From positions 11,989 through 75,988 of the forward strand of contig CAVZRF010000031.1 of the NCBI GenBank assembly GCA_963777685.1: DNA of 64,000 nucleotides, in the 5' to 3' direction. The first letter of the stretch is position 1; each line of letters starts with the position of its first letter. The notes beneath the pieces are model-generated. The model was not told the DNA's origin. It ran no database searches and saw nothing but the letters and a program-made list of their open reading frames with translations. The position numbers and the translations under genes are program-made. Shown here one piece after another: positions 33,278 to 44,026 of the stretch. Source of the stretch: an uncultured Acidobacteriaceae bacterium. Lineage in GTDB: Bacteria > Acidobacteriota > Terriglobia > Terriglobales > Acidobacteriaceae.

Positions 33278-33639
33278 CGATGCGCCCAGACTTTATAAGC
33301 AGCGATCTTACCGCTCGAGTCGCGCTCCGCCTCATATTTATCCAACACTACATCGCCCGAGATTGCTTCAATATTGCGCAGCAGCGCAGCCTGCAGGTCT
33401 CCCGAGCTGCCGTTCGGCGAAGCACTGACCTGCGAGGAATCGATCTGGTAGACGAAGTGGCCCGGCGATTCGGTCTTGACCAGCACTTCGGAGGCCCCAT
33501 GTACCGAAGGCCGGTCACCATAGTTCCATAGATGGGGAGTTATAAAAATAAACGCCAGGATCAGCGTCACCATCACATCATAGTGAAAGCTTCCCCGCTC
33601 CTCGGTCCACCATAAGTACGTCGATAAAGTCTTCTTCAA
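33274..33639 (-). CDS. Conserved hypothetical membrane protein
   Basis: WTEERGSFHYDVMVTLILAFIFITP; coupled between serS and the lolA-like gene. Confidence 0.7.
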   Translation of the reverse strand: MKKTLSTYLWWTEERGSFHYDVMVTLILAFIFITPHLWNYGDRPSVHGASEVLVKTESPGHFVYQIDSSQVSASPNGSSGDLQAALLRNIEAISGDVVLDKYEAERDSSGKIAAYKVWAHR

Positions 33640-33664
33640 AAGATTGCCCCTAGTGTCTTTTTCA

Positions 33665-35009
<1,345 letters not shown>

Positions 35010-35086
35010 AAGCTCCTAGTTTACTTGAGCAGAGCGCCTTCCACCCGGTGCTAAACCCCATCGAATCACCCTGACCACGGGTTAAC

Positions 35087-36898
35087 ATGATTCAGGAGCA
35101 AACCTTGCGAAATCTCGACCGCCCGCTGCCTCTCCGCCGAAGATTCACCGCAAGCCTCCTGCTCCTATCCCTCACCACACCCGCAGCCCTGCAAGCGCAA
35201 GCACCCGGCAGCCAGATTTCAAGCACGGTTCGGAACAAGTCCGTCGGCGCCGCGTCCACGGGAGCCACCCCGCCCAGCGCCTACAACGCCCATCCCAAGC
35301 TCGTCATCCTCCTCGTCATCGACCAGTTCCGCGAAAACTACCTCGAGCGCTACCGCGCCGATTTCAAGGGCCACGGATTCCGCCTCTTTCTCGACCAGGG
35401 AGCCTACTTCCCCGACTGCTACTACGACTACGCCAACACCAAGACCGCTCCGGGCCACTCCACCATCGGCACCGGAGCTTACTCCGACGGCCACGGCATC
35501 GCCAACAACGACTGGTGGGACCTCAGCCGCAACACCAAGCGCGAGATCACCTCAGTCGAGGACGAGCGCTATGCCCTCGTCGGCGTACCCGCCACCAGCA
35601 GCGCCACCCCCGGAGCGTCGCCGCGCAATCTCCGCGCCTCCACCGTCGGCGACGAGTTACGCCTCGCCACCAACGGCCAGTCCCGAGTCTTCGGTCTCTC
35701 CCTGAAAGACCGCGCATCTATCTTGCCCTCGGGCTCCGCGGCCAACGCCGCCTACTGGATCGACCCCGCATCCGGGGCCTTCATCACCTCGACCTTTTAC
35801 CAGCAGCAATTGCCCGACTGGGCCGCCGCCTTCAATGCCGGCAGCGAACGAGCGAACGCCCTCCAGCAGGCCCAGGCCTTCTTTTCTCAGTTCTCCCTCG
35901 ATGCCATGAAGCCGGCAAACAATTTCTATGAGTACGTCGGCCGCACTCCCGCAGCCAACGTCTACGAACTCGACTTCGCCCGCGCCCTCATTACCGGCGA
36001 GAAACTCGGAACCCACGCGACCACCGACATGCTCACCCTCAGCCTCTCGGCCAACGACGTTCTCGGCCACGCCGTCGGCCCCGACGCAGCCGCCCAGCAT
36101 CAGATGGTCGATTCTCTCGATACCGACCTCGACGGCTTCTTCACCTGGCTCGACACAAATATCGGACTCGGCAACGTCTGGATCGCCCTCACCGCCGATC
36201 ACGGAGTCGCTCCCACCCTCGGCGAAGCCGCCAAACTCGGCATCAACGCCGCTAGCATCAGCACCAAAAAGATCGTTGCCCAGTTGAACGAGGCGATGAA
36301 CGCCAAGTTCTCTCCCGGTCAAAGCATCGTCTACCTCTTCGACCAGCAGGAGCTCCCCTACCTCGCGCTCAACCCGCCCAGCTTCGAGCACGCCGGCATC
36401 AACGAAGCCCAGGCCGAAGAAGCGGTGCTAGCCGCGTTGCCGTCCGCGGTTGAGTCGCTCAGCACCCCGCCGACGACCCTGCCATCGCAGACCCGCCTGC
36501 CGCCCACCCCGGTTTTGCTCCACGCCTATACGCGCCTCCAACTCGCAGCGGGCCAATATCCCACCAGCGAATTCGGCCAGATCCTCGCCCACAGCTACTC
36601 CTCCAACGGCGGCTGGTACGTCATGACCGTCTTCGCCGACTACCAGATGGAAGGTCACGCGAACGGCGGCACCACCCACTTCAGCCCCTGGTCTTACGAT
36701 CGCCACGTCCCGCTCGGCTTCTACGGAGCGCCCTTCGCTCCCGGCATCTACCACGGCCGCGTCGGCCCGGTCGATCTGGCCGCCACCTGGGCCGCGCTGC
36801 TCGGCATCAATCAGCCTTCAGCCGCTGTCGGCCACATCCTCACCCAGGCAATCAAGCCGGGCGCGGCCATCACTTACCCATCGGGAACTAAACAGTGA
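35087..36898 (+). CDS. Alkaline phosphatase family protein (PafA-like)
   Basis: PKLVILLVIDQFR, TAPGHSTIGTG, SLKDRAS, ALTADHG, TTH.SPWSYDRHVP. Confidence 0.92.
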   Translation: MIQEQTLRNLDRPLPLRRRFTASLLLLSLTTPAALQAQAPGSQISSTVRNKSVGAASTGATPPSAYNAHPKLVILLVIDQFRENYLERYRADFKGHGFRLFLDQGAYFPDCYYDYANTKTAPGHSTIGTGAYSDGHGIANNDWWDLSRNTKREITSVEDERYALVGVPATSSATPGASPRNLRASTVGDELRLATNGQSRVFGLSLKDRASILPSGSAANAAYWIDPASGAFITSTFYQQQLPDWAAAFNAGSERANALQQAQAFFSQFSLDAMKPANNFYEYVGRTPAANVYELDFARALITGEKLGTHATTDMLTLSLSANDVLGHAVGPDAAAQHQMVDSLDTDLDGFFTWLDTNIGLGNVWIALTADHGVAPTLGEAAKLGINAASISTKKIVAQLNEAMNAKFSPGQSIVYLFDQQELPYLALNPPSFEHAGINEAQAEEAVLAALPSAVESLSTPPTTLPSQTRLPPTPVLLHAYTRLQLAAGQYPTSEFGQILAHSYSSNGGWYVMTVFADYQMEGHANGGTTHFSPWSYDRHVPLGFYGAPFAPGIYHGRVGPVDLAATWAALLGINQPSAAVGHILTQAIKPGAAITYPSGTKQ

Positions 36899-37842
36899 AG
36901 CCAAACATGGCGGTCACCTTCGCCGGCATCGAGCTCCGCAACCCGGTCATCGCCGCCAGCGGAACCTTCGGCTATGGCATCGAGTTTGAAGACATCGTCT
37001 CGCTCGACCGCATCGGCGGCCTCGTCACCAAAGGCCTCTCCCGCGAACCCATGGCCGGCAACCCCGCGCCCCGCATCGTCGAGACCGCCTCCGGCATGTT
37101 GAACGCCATCGGCCTGCAAAACATCGGCGTCGACGCCTTCATCCGCGACAAGCTGCCCCAACTCGCGAAATATCCCGGCTGCGCCATCATCGCCAACGTC
37201 TTCGGCAAACAGGTGCACGACTATGTCGCCGTCATCGAAGCCCTCAACCAGGCCGAAGGCATCGCCGCCTACGAGATCAACGCCTCCTGCCCCAACACCA
37301 AGCACGGAGGCCAGGTCTTCGGCACCGACATGGTCGAGCTCGCCACCCTCGTCTACGCCTGCAAGCAAGCGGCACAGCAACGCGCCAAAGGCGCCCGCCC
37401 CATCCCCCGCCCGATCATCGTGAAGCTCTCGCCCAACGTCACCAGCATCGCCGAGATGGCCCTCGTCGCCGAGCAGGCCGGAGCCGACGCCATCTCGCTC
37501 ATCAACACCCTGCTCGCCATGGCCATCGACGCCAAAACCCGCAAGCCGCGCATCGCCAACATCACCGCAGGACTGTCCGGCCCAGCCATCAAGCCCATCG
37601 CCCTGCGCATGGTCTACGAAGCCTCGCGCGCGGTGAAGATCCCCGTCCTCGGACTAGGCGGCATCGTCACCCCCGAAGACGCCGTCGAGTTCCTCCTCGC
37701 CGGAGCCACCGCCATCCAGGTAGGAACCGCCAGCTACGCCGACCCCCGCGCCACCGAACGCCTCGCCAAAGGTGTGGAACAATGGTGCGCCAAGCATGGC
37801 GTAGAGAAAGTCGCGAGTCTTACCGGCGCGTTGGAGACTTAA
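36895..37842 (+). CDS. pyrD: Dihydroorotate dehydrogenase, family 1
   Basis: NPVIAASGTFGYG, NAIGLQN, INASCPN, VKLSPN, GLSGPAIKP, GGI, QVGTA. Confidence 0.95.
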   Translation: MKPNMAVTFAGIELRNPVIAASGTFGYGIEFEDIVSLDRIGGLVTKGLSREPMAGNPAPRIVETASGMLNAIGLQNIGVDAFIRDKLPQLAKYPGCAIIANVFGKQVHDYVAVIEALNQAEGIAAYEINASCPNTKHGGQVFGTDMVELATLVYACKQAAQQRAKGARPIPRPIIVKLSPNVTSIAEMALVAEQAGADAISLINTLLAMAIDAKTRKPRIANITAGLSGPAIKPIALRMVYEASRAVKIPVLGLGGIVTPEDAVEFLLAGATAIQVGTASYADPRATERLAKGVEQWCAKHGVEKVASLTGALET

Positions 37843-38171
37843 CAATAGCGGCGGCATTCGACTCATTGCAGAGTTTTCTACCGAGAAGCCGACTTAGCGT
37901 TACCAATCTTGCATCGTCGACTATCAGTTGTCCAAAGTCTAGATCGGTGGGGTTAAGCCGATTTGTTAGGGTCGATCCTGGTTATGGCTGCCCATCCGCA
38001 CGTCGCACGCAACCGCCCGCCTGCTGCCCGATCCTGCTCGCTGATTGCGATAAGCCGCGATGAACGGCAGCCAGGCATTCTGACTCACTCATCACTTTGC
38101 CAGGTTTTAACTGTGCCACATGCGAGGTAGTTCGTCTTGGGTTTGCTTTTGAGCAGGCGTATCTTGACTTT

Positions 38172-39100
38172 ATGGAACACTGTATTTACTGCACACAAGC
38201 GCCCCACTCTGAAGAGCATCCGCTCTCAGCGGCCTTGGGTGAATTCAAGAATGCGCCGACCCTACCTGATCGCATCTGTCGAGACTGTAATGGCAAACGT
38301 ATAGGCTTACTGGACGAGCAACTCGTCGCTGCGGTCCGATCGGCGTACTAGAAGCAGTGGCAGAAGGCCGAGCGCATCGTGACAAAGTGAATCCCTTCTA
38401 TCGCGGGAGCGCGGGTGAAGCGACGAGTTCTTCACTCAGTACGAGAACTTCGGCTGTGAGGTCCTTGTTGAACTCACTGGCAGAGGGCGGGTCGGCAACT
38501 GTCGCAACTGATTCTCAAGGGGCAAGAAGGACTGCTGCACCATATCCCTCTGACCGCGAACGACAACGATGAGCTACTTCGAAAGCAGATCGCCGACTTC
38601 GAAGCTGGTCGCGACGTTGGAAGCTCGACTCATCCCGACCGCTGAGAACTGTGGGCCGCAGACCCGTTGAAGCACTTTGCCAATCGTGAGTGCAAGGAGC
38701 TGGGCGCTAACAGATTTCAAGGTGGGATCGCCACATACAGGTGACGAACCATGACCCGAGTAGATTGCCAAAACAGGGTTTCACTACTTTGTGAACCGAG
38801 TTTCCAAACTACAGCGGTCAGAAGCCATTTTCTCCGACATTCGTGAGTTCATCACCAACGACGAGAGCGAACTCGTGGCTTCGCGCATCAATCAGTTCGT
38901 CGGGGTCCACAAAAAACCTATCGCGCCGCCCGCCCCTGTTCACGCCACTTGTTGTGCGCAGATTTCGGGCGGGTGCTTGCCCGTTCATTTTGAGCGTTCA
39001 CACCCGGTGAGCGCTTTCGCAGCCACCTCGTGAGGCCCGGCCATGACAGAACGCCAGGGGCACGGTACTCGACTACGTTAAGGAGGAACGGAAGACTATA
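38172..39100 (+). pseudogene. Decayed HNH endonuclease-like gene
   Basis: MEHCIYC...EEH......LG...ICRDCN Zn/HNH-like motif followed by broken ORFs with stops; atypical composition. Confidence 0.6.
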
Positions 39101-39284
39101 GCGGTGAAGCATCTCGAAATAGACAGCGACAACTCGACATGAAAGAGACTTTTGACCAGTGATCGAACCGACTGCGAAAGTTGACCCTGATGCCTCCTCC
39201 GAATGGTCCAATGAACAGAATAAGTCCTGATAAACGCCGTTATCGTTAGTTACTGGCCGCTTTCTACAAACCGACCTATTGTTG

Positions 39285-39566
39285 CTAATCCGGCGGCACG
39301 TAGTGAAACCGCACTAAATAGATCAATTCACCCTTCCCATGCTTGGCAACCTTGAGAAGGTCCAGAACGCCGGAAAATCCCGACTCGCGCGCGAGCTCCG
39401 GAGTGATATCAGGAAATCCAATCGGCTCGATCGAATCCACTTCGATCTCGCCCTCCTCCATGCGATATCGACCTCCCACGCTGACGCGCGGCCGCATCCA
39501 GATTCGGACGGAACTCGTGATCTCTCCTCGGCGAACTCGCTCGCGTAGCCGCTTGGTAAATACCAT
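39285..39566 (-). CDS. Small hypothetical protein, ASCH/PUA-like
   Basis: GEITSSVRIW.RP.V..GG.Y, A.ESGF, IYLVRFH pattern resembles ASCH domains. Confidence 0.65.
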   Translation of the reverse strand: MVFTKRLRERVRRGEITSSVRIWMRPRVSVGGRYRMEEGEIEVDSIEPIGFPDITPELARESGFSGVLDLLKVAKHGKGELIYLVRFHYVPPD

Positions 39567-39654
39567 GCTGGAACATCACCCTTGATGAAGTTTCATGGTC
39601 CGCGGATCTCGGAATTGAAGGCTTAAGCTTCTCCCGTAACTGAGCGGGCTTTGG

Positions 39655-40122
39655 TTAGAGCGTCTTCGCCTCCAACCCATAGGCCCCCACCCACGAGTCA
39701 TAGGCCGCCTGCGTCACCGGCCACTGAAAGCACAACCCGAACCCATCCGGATCGGTCACATAAAGCTGCTTCCACCCATAAGGAGCGACCTTAGGCGGAT
39801 TCAGCTTGACCCCCTTCGCGACTAACTCCGCATAAAGCCCATCCAGGTCTTCCCACCCGAAGTAGAGACTAGTATCGCCATGTGCGGCGACGCGCTCCGG
39901 ATCAGGCGTCTCCGGCCGCTCCCCCTCGTCGTAAGCCGTGTTCAGCATCAGTTCAGTACCCTTACGCCGAAGCCAGCAAAAACCCCACTCCCGGCTCGAA
40001 TCGGCAGCATCCCCCGAATGGCTCACCACCTCAAAGCCCAGCACCTCGCAATAAAACCCCACCGCCGTCGGCATATCAAAGACCTGCAACAACGGACAGC
40101 ACCCACTCAGCTCAATCCCCAT
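39655..40122 (-). CDS. VOC/glyoxalase family protein
   Basis: PLLQVFDM..AVGFY..VLGF, PYGWKQLYVTDPDG. Confidence 0.9.
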   Translation of the reverse strand: MGIELSGCCPLLQVFDMPTAVGFYCEVLGFEVVSHSGDAADSSREWGFCWLRRKGTELMLNTAYDEGERPETPDPERVAAHGDTSLYFGWEDLDGLYAELVAKGVKLNPPKVAPYGWKQLYVTDPDGFGLCFQWPVTQAAYDSWVGAYGLEAKTL

Positions 40123-40161
40123 TTCGCATCCTCTCGTCGCACGCGATTCCGAAGATCCATC

Positions 40162-41445
40162 TCAATTCAACATCCCACCCTTCGCGAAGCTGATCACCAG
40201 ATCCACGACGTGGGTATCTTCATGTTCATACTGTTTGTAACTGGCGGAGTAGCCATCCAGCGCATGTACTTCTTTAGCGTTTTTCTTCAGCACCTGGCCA
40301 ACATACGAGGCATCGTACGGTGCTCCAGTCTGCATCGTCCAGACTTTGAGGAACAGCGCCGTCTTTTCCGCGTCCAGATTCTTGACCTGCAACGTACCCA
40401 TTGTGTAAACCTCGCCTGGAGTCACCGTGATCGCATAGTCGACCGTCCGTTCGGCGCGATGAAATTCCGGAGTGGCCGTGATCTTCGCCCGCAGATAGCC
40501 CCGCGTGACATACGGCGAACTCACCATGCTCATCGTCTGGCGCAGCTTGCTTTCTTCGACGATATCGCCAGGCTTGAGTGTCGCCTTGCTGAGAAATTGG
40601 GCCTGGTCGATGAGCACCGATCCAGCCAGCGAGAAGTGCCCCAGCCGATACTGCGCGCCTTGATCGATCGCGACCGCTATCGGGACTCGAACCACTCCCG
40701 AGTCCAACACCGGCGGCTGAGCGACCGGCAGTACTTTCACTTCCAGGTATCCTTTGTCCCGATAGATGCTCTGGATCGCCTGGGTCAAGGTAGCTGGAGT
40801 CTCCGTCGCGGAATAGTCCACCTTCGCGGCGGCCTTGTTGATCTCGGCCAGCCGATCGGTCCACTCGGCGGTCGCGCCAGTGAACTTCAACTCGCCGATC
40901 TCGACCAGCGGGCTGGTCACGCGCAAGATCAGCGCGTTCGCCTTGCCCGTCGCGGAGTCCACGCCCGGCGTCGCCTCGATCTTCGCCTCCACCTGCCGCG
41001 CCGCTAGCATCGCCGTCAGCGCCTCGACCACCTTACGTTCCGAACCGCTCTCCGGCGCGAGCTTGCCGTGAAAGAGTGGCACTTTCGAGGCTAGATCGGC
41101 AGACAGGTTCGTCTCGCTCCACCAGGGGAAATTAGTGAACTGGGTTGGAAGCAGGTTCGTCGCCGGAGTGAGTTCATAGTGCAGCTCGCGCCCGTTGAAG
41201 CTAAAGCGTACGGTCGCGAACATTCCGGAGTCATTGAGACGCAGCGCACCGGCCTGCATTCCGGCTTGATCGAGCGAAGCGCCAACACTGACTCCGCTCG
41301 CCGCCAGAAGTTCCGGAGAAGAAAATGACGGATCGCCCGAAAAAGTAACACTTGCAACCGGATAGCTTTGAGCCGACAACAAGGCGGCAGGTGCGAGACA
41401 GAAAATGGCACAAAAAACAAAGAACCGATTCTTACTTGGAAGCAT
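40162..41445 (-). CDS. Secreted POTRA-domain protein without a beta-barrel
   Basis: Signal peptide; repeated POTRA patterns (L.DSGMF..V, Y.DKGYLEV, Y..RGYLRA, V.PGEVY). Confidence 0.75.
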   Translation of the reverse strand: MLPSKNRFFVFCAIFCLAPAALLSAQSYPVASVTFSGDPSFSSPELLAASGVSVGASLDQAGMQAGALRLNDSGMFATVRFSFNGRELHYELTPATNLLPTQFTNFPWWSETNLSADLASKVPLFHGKLAPESGSERKVVEALTAMLAARQVEAKIEATPGVDSATGKANALILRVTSPLVEIGELKFTGATAEWTDRLAEINKAAAKVDYSATETPATLTQAIQSIYRDKGYLEVKVLPVAQPPVLDSGVVRVPIAVAIDQGAQYRLGHFSLAGSVLIDQAQFLSKATLKPGDIVEESKLRQTMSMVSSPYVTRGYLRAKITATPEFHRAERTVDYAITVTPGEVYTMGTLQVKNLDAEKTALFLKVWTMQTGAPYDASYVGQVLKKNAKEVHALDGYSASYKQYEHEDTHVVDLVISFAKGGMLN

Positions 41446-41484
41446 AGGAGGCAAAATATCACGTGCTTGCGTGCCCATACAGTG

Positions 41485-41519
41485 AAAAAACGCCGCGAAG
41501 GCCAAGGCCCGCGCGGCGT
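41485..41519 (-). terminator. Intrinsic terminator downstream of the aldolase gene
   Basis: Minus strand ACGCCGCG..CGCGGCG stem followed by TTTTTT. Confidence 0.7.
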
Positions 41520-41657
41520 CTCAAGTGCATCTCTTCTAATTCGACCGGAGCAAAAGTACAGTTAGGTAGTTTGAGGTGCACCACCCGGCAGGCGTTTTTC
41601 CCCAGATAAACGCCTACTGAGACAAACCTCACACATGACTCCAAATGTACTTTTGCT

Positions 41658-42677
41658 CTAAGCAAGCGCCTCAGCGCCCACCCCAACCTTGCTGAACCAC
41701 GAATGCGCATGCTTCAGCGCCTCGTTGACGTTCGAGATGTTCTCGACGCCCTTGGTATTCAGCCAGTCTTCAAAGGCCTGCGCCCCCTGCTTGGCGTAGA
41801 CCGCGATGCCGTCCTTCCACGTCGCCCGTCCGCAAAGCACGCCGTTGAAGGAGGTTCCGCTCTCCGCCGCCAGCTCCAGCGTCTCGATAAAGACCGGGTT
41901 CGAAACCCCCGCCGACAAATAGATAAACGGCTTGTGCGACATCTCCGCTGCATCGCGGAAGTGCTCGAGCGCCTGCGCGCGGGTGTAGGCCGCCTCGCCC
42001 TTGAAAGCCTTGGTCCCGGCGACAAACTCCATCTGGACCGGCACCTCGACCTTCAGCACGTCCACGCTGTAGCGCGACTTGCCGAACTCGGCCATCGACC
42101 CGGAGACGATCTCCGGCTTCTTCTTCGCATATTCGATCGACTTCTCATCGCCGCCATGCGCGTCGTAGCCAACCATCTCAAGGAAAAATGGAATATCGTG
42201 GGCGAGGCACTCGTCGCCGATCCGCTCGATCCATGCGTGCTTGAGGTCGTTGATCGGCGTCGTCTCGTAGGGCGTGTAGTAGAGCAGGATCTTGATCGCG
42301 TCCGCGCCTGCTTCCTTCAGCCGCCGCACCGACCATACGTCCAACAGATCGGGCAAGCGGCCGGGCTCGGCCGCATCGTAGCCGGTCTTCTCATAAGCCA
42401 GCAGCAACCCCTTGCCGTTGCGGCGGCGCGCAGCGGGCAGACCAAACTCGGGATCGAGCAGGATCGCCGAAGCGTGCTTCGTCAATACCTCCGTCACCAA
42501 TTCCTTGAACTCGACCAGCGCCGAATCCGGCATCTCCGCGACGCCCTTTTCCTTGGCCAGCGATTTCTTGAGCGAACCGCGCTGGTCCATCGCCGCCGCC
42601 GCGATCACGCCGCGCTCATCGGACAACGCTCGCAACCCGGCCAGCTTGCCCGGGGTAATTGTGTTGCTGGTAGTCAT
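41658..42677 (-). CDS. lacD: Tagatose-1,6-bisphosphate aldolase (class I, LacD family)
   Basis: AMDQRGSLKK, SAILLDPEFG, LLAYEKTGYD, KILLYY, DVLKVEVP, YLSAGVS, GVLCGRATW. Confidence 0.92.
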   Translation of the reverse strand: MTTSNTITPGKLAGLRALSDERGVIAAAAMDQRGSLKKSLAKEKGVAEMPDSALVEFKELVTEVLTKHASAILLDPEFGLPAARRRNGKGLLLAYEKTGYDAAEPGRLPDLLDVWSVRRLKEAGADAIKILLYYTPYETTPINDLKHAWIERIGDECLAHDIPFFLEMVGYDAHGGDEKSIEYAKKKPEIVSGSMAEFGKSRYSVDVLKVEVPVQMEFVAGTKAFKGEAAYTRAQALEHFRDAAEMSHKPFIYLSAGVSNPVFIETLELAAESGTSFNGVLCGRATWKDGIAVYAKQGAQAFEDWLNTKGVENISNVNEALKHAHSWFSKVGVGAEALA

Positions 42678-42891
42678 ATATCTCTCCTCGTCCTTTTGAT
42701 GAAGCTTTTCTGATCTCGGTGTCAGCGAAAGCAGCCTTGAGCGGAAACTGTCGCGATCGACATATCGCTGAATCGTCCTGAATCAGCGCCCCCAGGCGTC
42801 CCACGATAAACACAGCGCCGCCGGGGCTGAACTTCTCCGCGCCCTTGATTCTAACCGAGGGGGAACCGGAAAAATGTCACAGCCATGACAT

Positions 42892-43629
42892 TTACTTCCC
42901 CAGCAATTCCCGTTGCGCCGCAAAGAGCTGTTGAATTCCGCTTTCGGCATAATCCATCATCTCCAGCAGCCGGGCCCGCGGGAACGAACCGCGTTCCGCC
43001 GTGGCCTGCACCTCGACCAGGCCGCCGTCCTCGGTCATCACCACATTCGTGTCCACCTCGGCCTGCGAATCCTCCTCATAGGCCAGATCGAGCAACACTT
43101 GTCCCTCGACGATGCCCACGCTGGTGGCCGCCACCAACTGCTTCAGCGGCGACTCCTTCAGCGTGCCCGCCGCTACCAGCCGATTCAGGGCCAGCGCCAG
43201 AGCGGCGCACGCCCCGGTGATCGCCGCCGTGCGCGTTCCGCCGTCCGCCTGGATCACATCGCAATCGAGCACTACCGTCCGCTCGCCCAGCGCCTTCATA
43301 TCGACCGCCGAACGCAACGACCGCCCAATCAGCCGCTGGATCTCATGCGTGCGTCCGCCGATCTTGCCCCGCTCCGACTCGCGCGGCGTGCGCGTCAAAG
43401 TCGCCCGCGGCAGCATGCCGTACTCGGCCGTCACCCAGCCCCGCCCCGAGTTGCGCAGCCAACCCGGAACTCCCTGCTCGATCGTGGCATTGCACAGCAC
43501 CCGCGTCTGGCCGCACTCGATGAGTACCGACCCCTCGGCGACGGCCACATAGTCTGGAGTAAGGCGCAGTTCGCGCAGGGCATTGGGCGCGCGGCCGCCG
43601 GCGCGAAAGAAATCAGGCTTGGTTGTCAT
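42892..43629 (-). CDS. rph: Ribonuclease PH
   Basis: [60 protein letters not shown]. Confidence 0.97.
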   Translation of the reverse strand: MTTKPDFFRAGGRAPNALRELRLTPDYVAVAEGSVLIECGQTRVLCNATIEQGVPGWLRNSGRGWVTAEYGMLPRATLTRTPRESERGKIGGRTHEIQRLIGRSLRSAVDMKALGERTVVLDCDVIQADGGTRTAAITGACAALALALNRLVAAGTLKESPLKQLVAATSVGIVEGQVLLDLAYEEDSQAEVDTNVVMTEDGGLVEVQATAERGSFPRARLLEMMDYAESGIQQLFAAQRELLGK

Positions 43630-43756
43630 AGTTGGTCATCGCAATGGATCATTATGGATTCTTGAGTTTCCGGTCACTTTCGTTTGGTTCGCGCCGCGCT
43701 GGACCATCTAGCCCAGAGACCTGCGCATCGCTCTCATTGTAGTGAGTCTGCCGCAA

Positions 43757-43866
43757 TCCCACTCTGGGAACGCGACGAAATCCCTCCTGAATCGGGAATT
43801 GGGCCTATCCCACTCATTCGACAAGGGCTAATCGCATTCCGCCCATCTCACCGTCCCAATTCGGGA
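43757..43866. promoter_or_regulatory. Three palindromic TCC(C/T)-N5-GGGA boxes, candidate enhancer sites
   Basis: 43757-43769 TCCCACTCTGGGA, 43785-43797 TCCTGAATCGGGA, 43854-43866 TCCCAATTCGGGA. Confidence 0.5.
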
Positions 43867-43967
43867 AATCCACGCCCCAAACAGGCTCTTTCTCGAGCCC
43901 GTCCGGGATGACCTCTAAAGCCTTATCCGAAAGCATCTTAGCTTCGCCTTAACTTCGCTTTCCCGCA

Positions 43968-43984
43968 TTGGCACGCCACGTGTA
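43968..43984 (+). promoter_or_regulatory. Candidate sigma-54 (-24/-12) promoter
   Basis: TTGGCACGCCACGTGTA: perfect -24 TGGCACG, correct spacing, -12 reads TGT instead of TGC; upstream of a sigma-54 activator operon. Confidence 0.5.
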
Positions 43985-44026
43985 TTACACCGGCCCATAC
44001 CAGCACTCGAAAGACGGAGGACTTCT

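Noticed and set aside
37837-37958. attC-like pair ACTTAAC ... GTTAAGC at the pyrD stop
   Set aside because: Internal palindrome is weak, there is no array and no integron integrase, and pyrD is a core gene
41548-41658. Long hairpin as 6S RNA
   Set aside because: About 110 nt is too short and it lacks the large central bubble; kept only as an unassigned structured element
42700-42845. tRNA or known riboswitch in the lacD leader
   Set aside because: No T-loop GTTCRA or acceptor/CCA geometry, and no consensus of glmS, SAM, TPP, FMN, cobalamin or ZTP recognised
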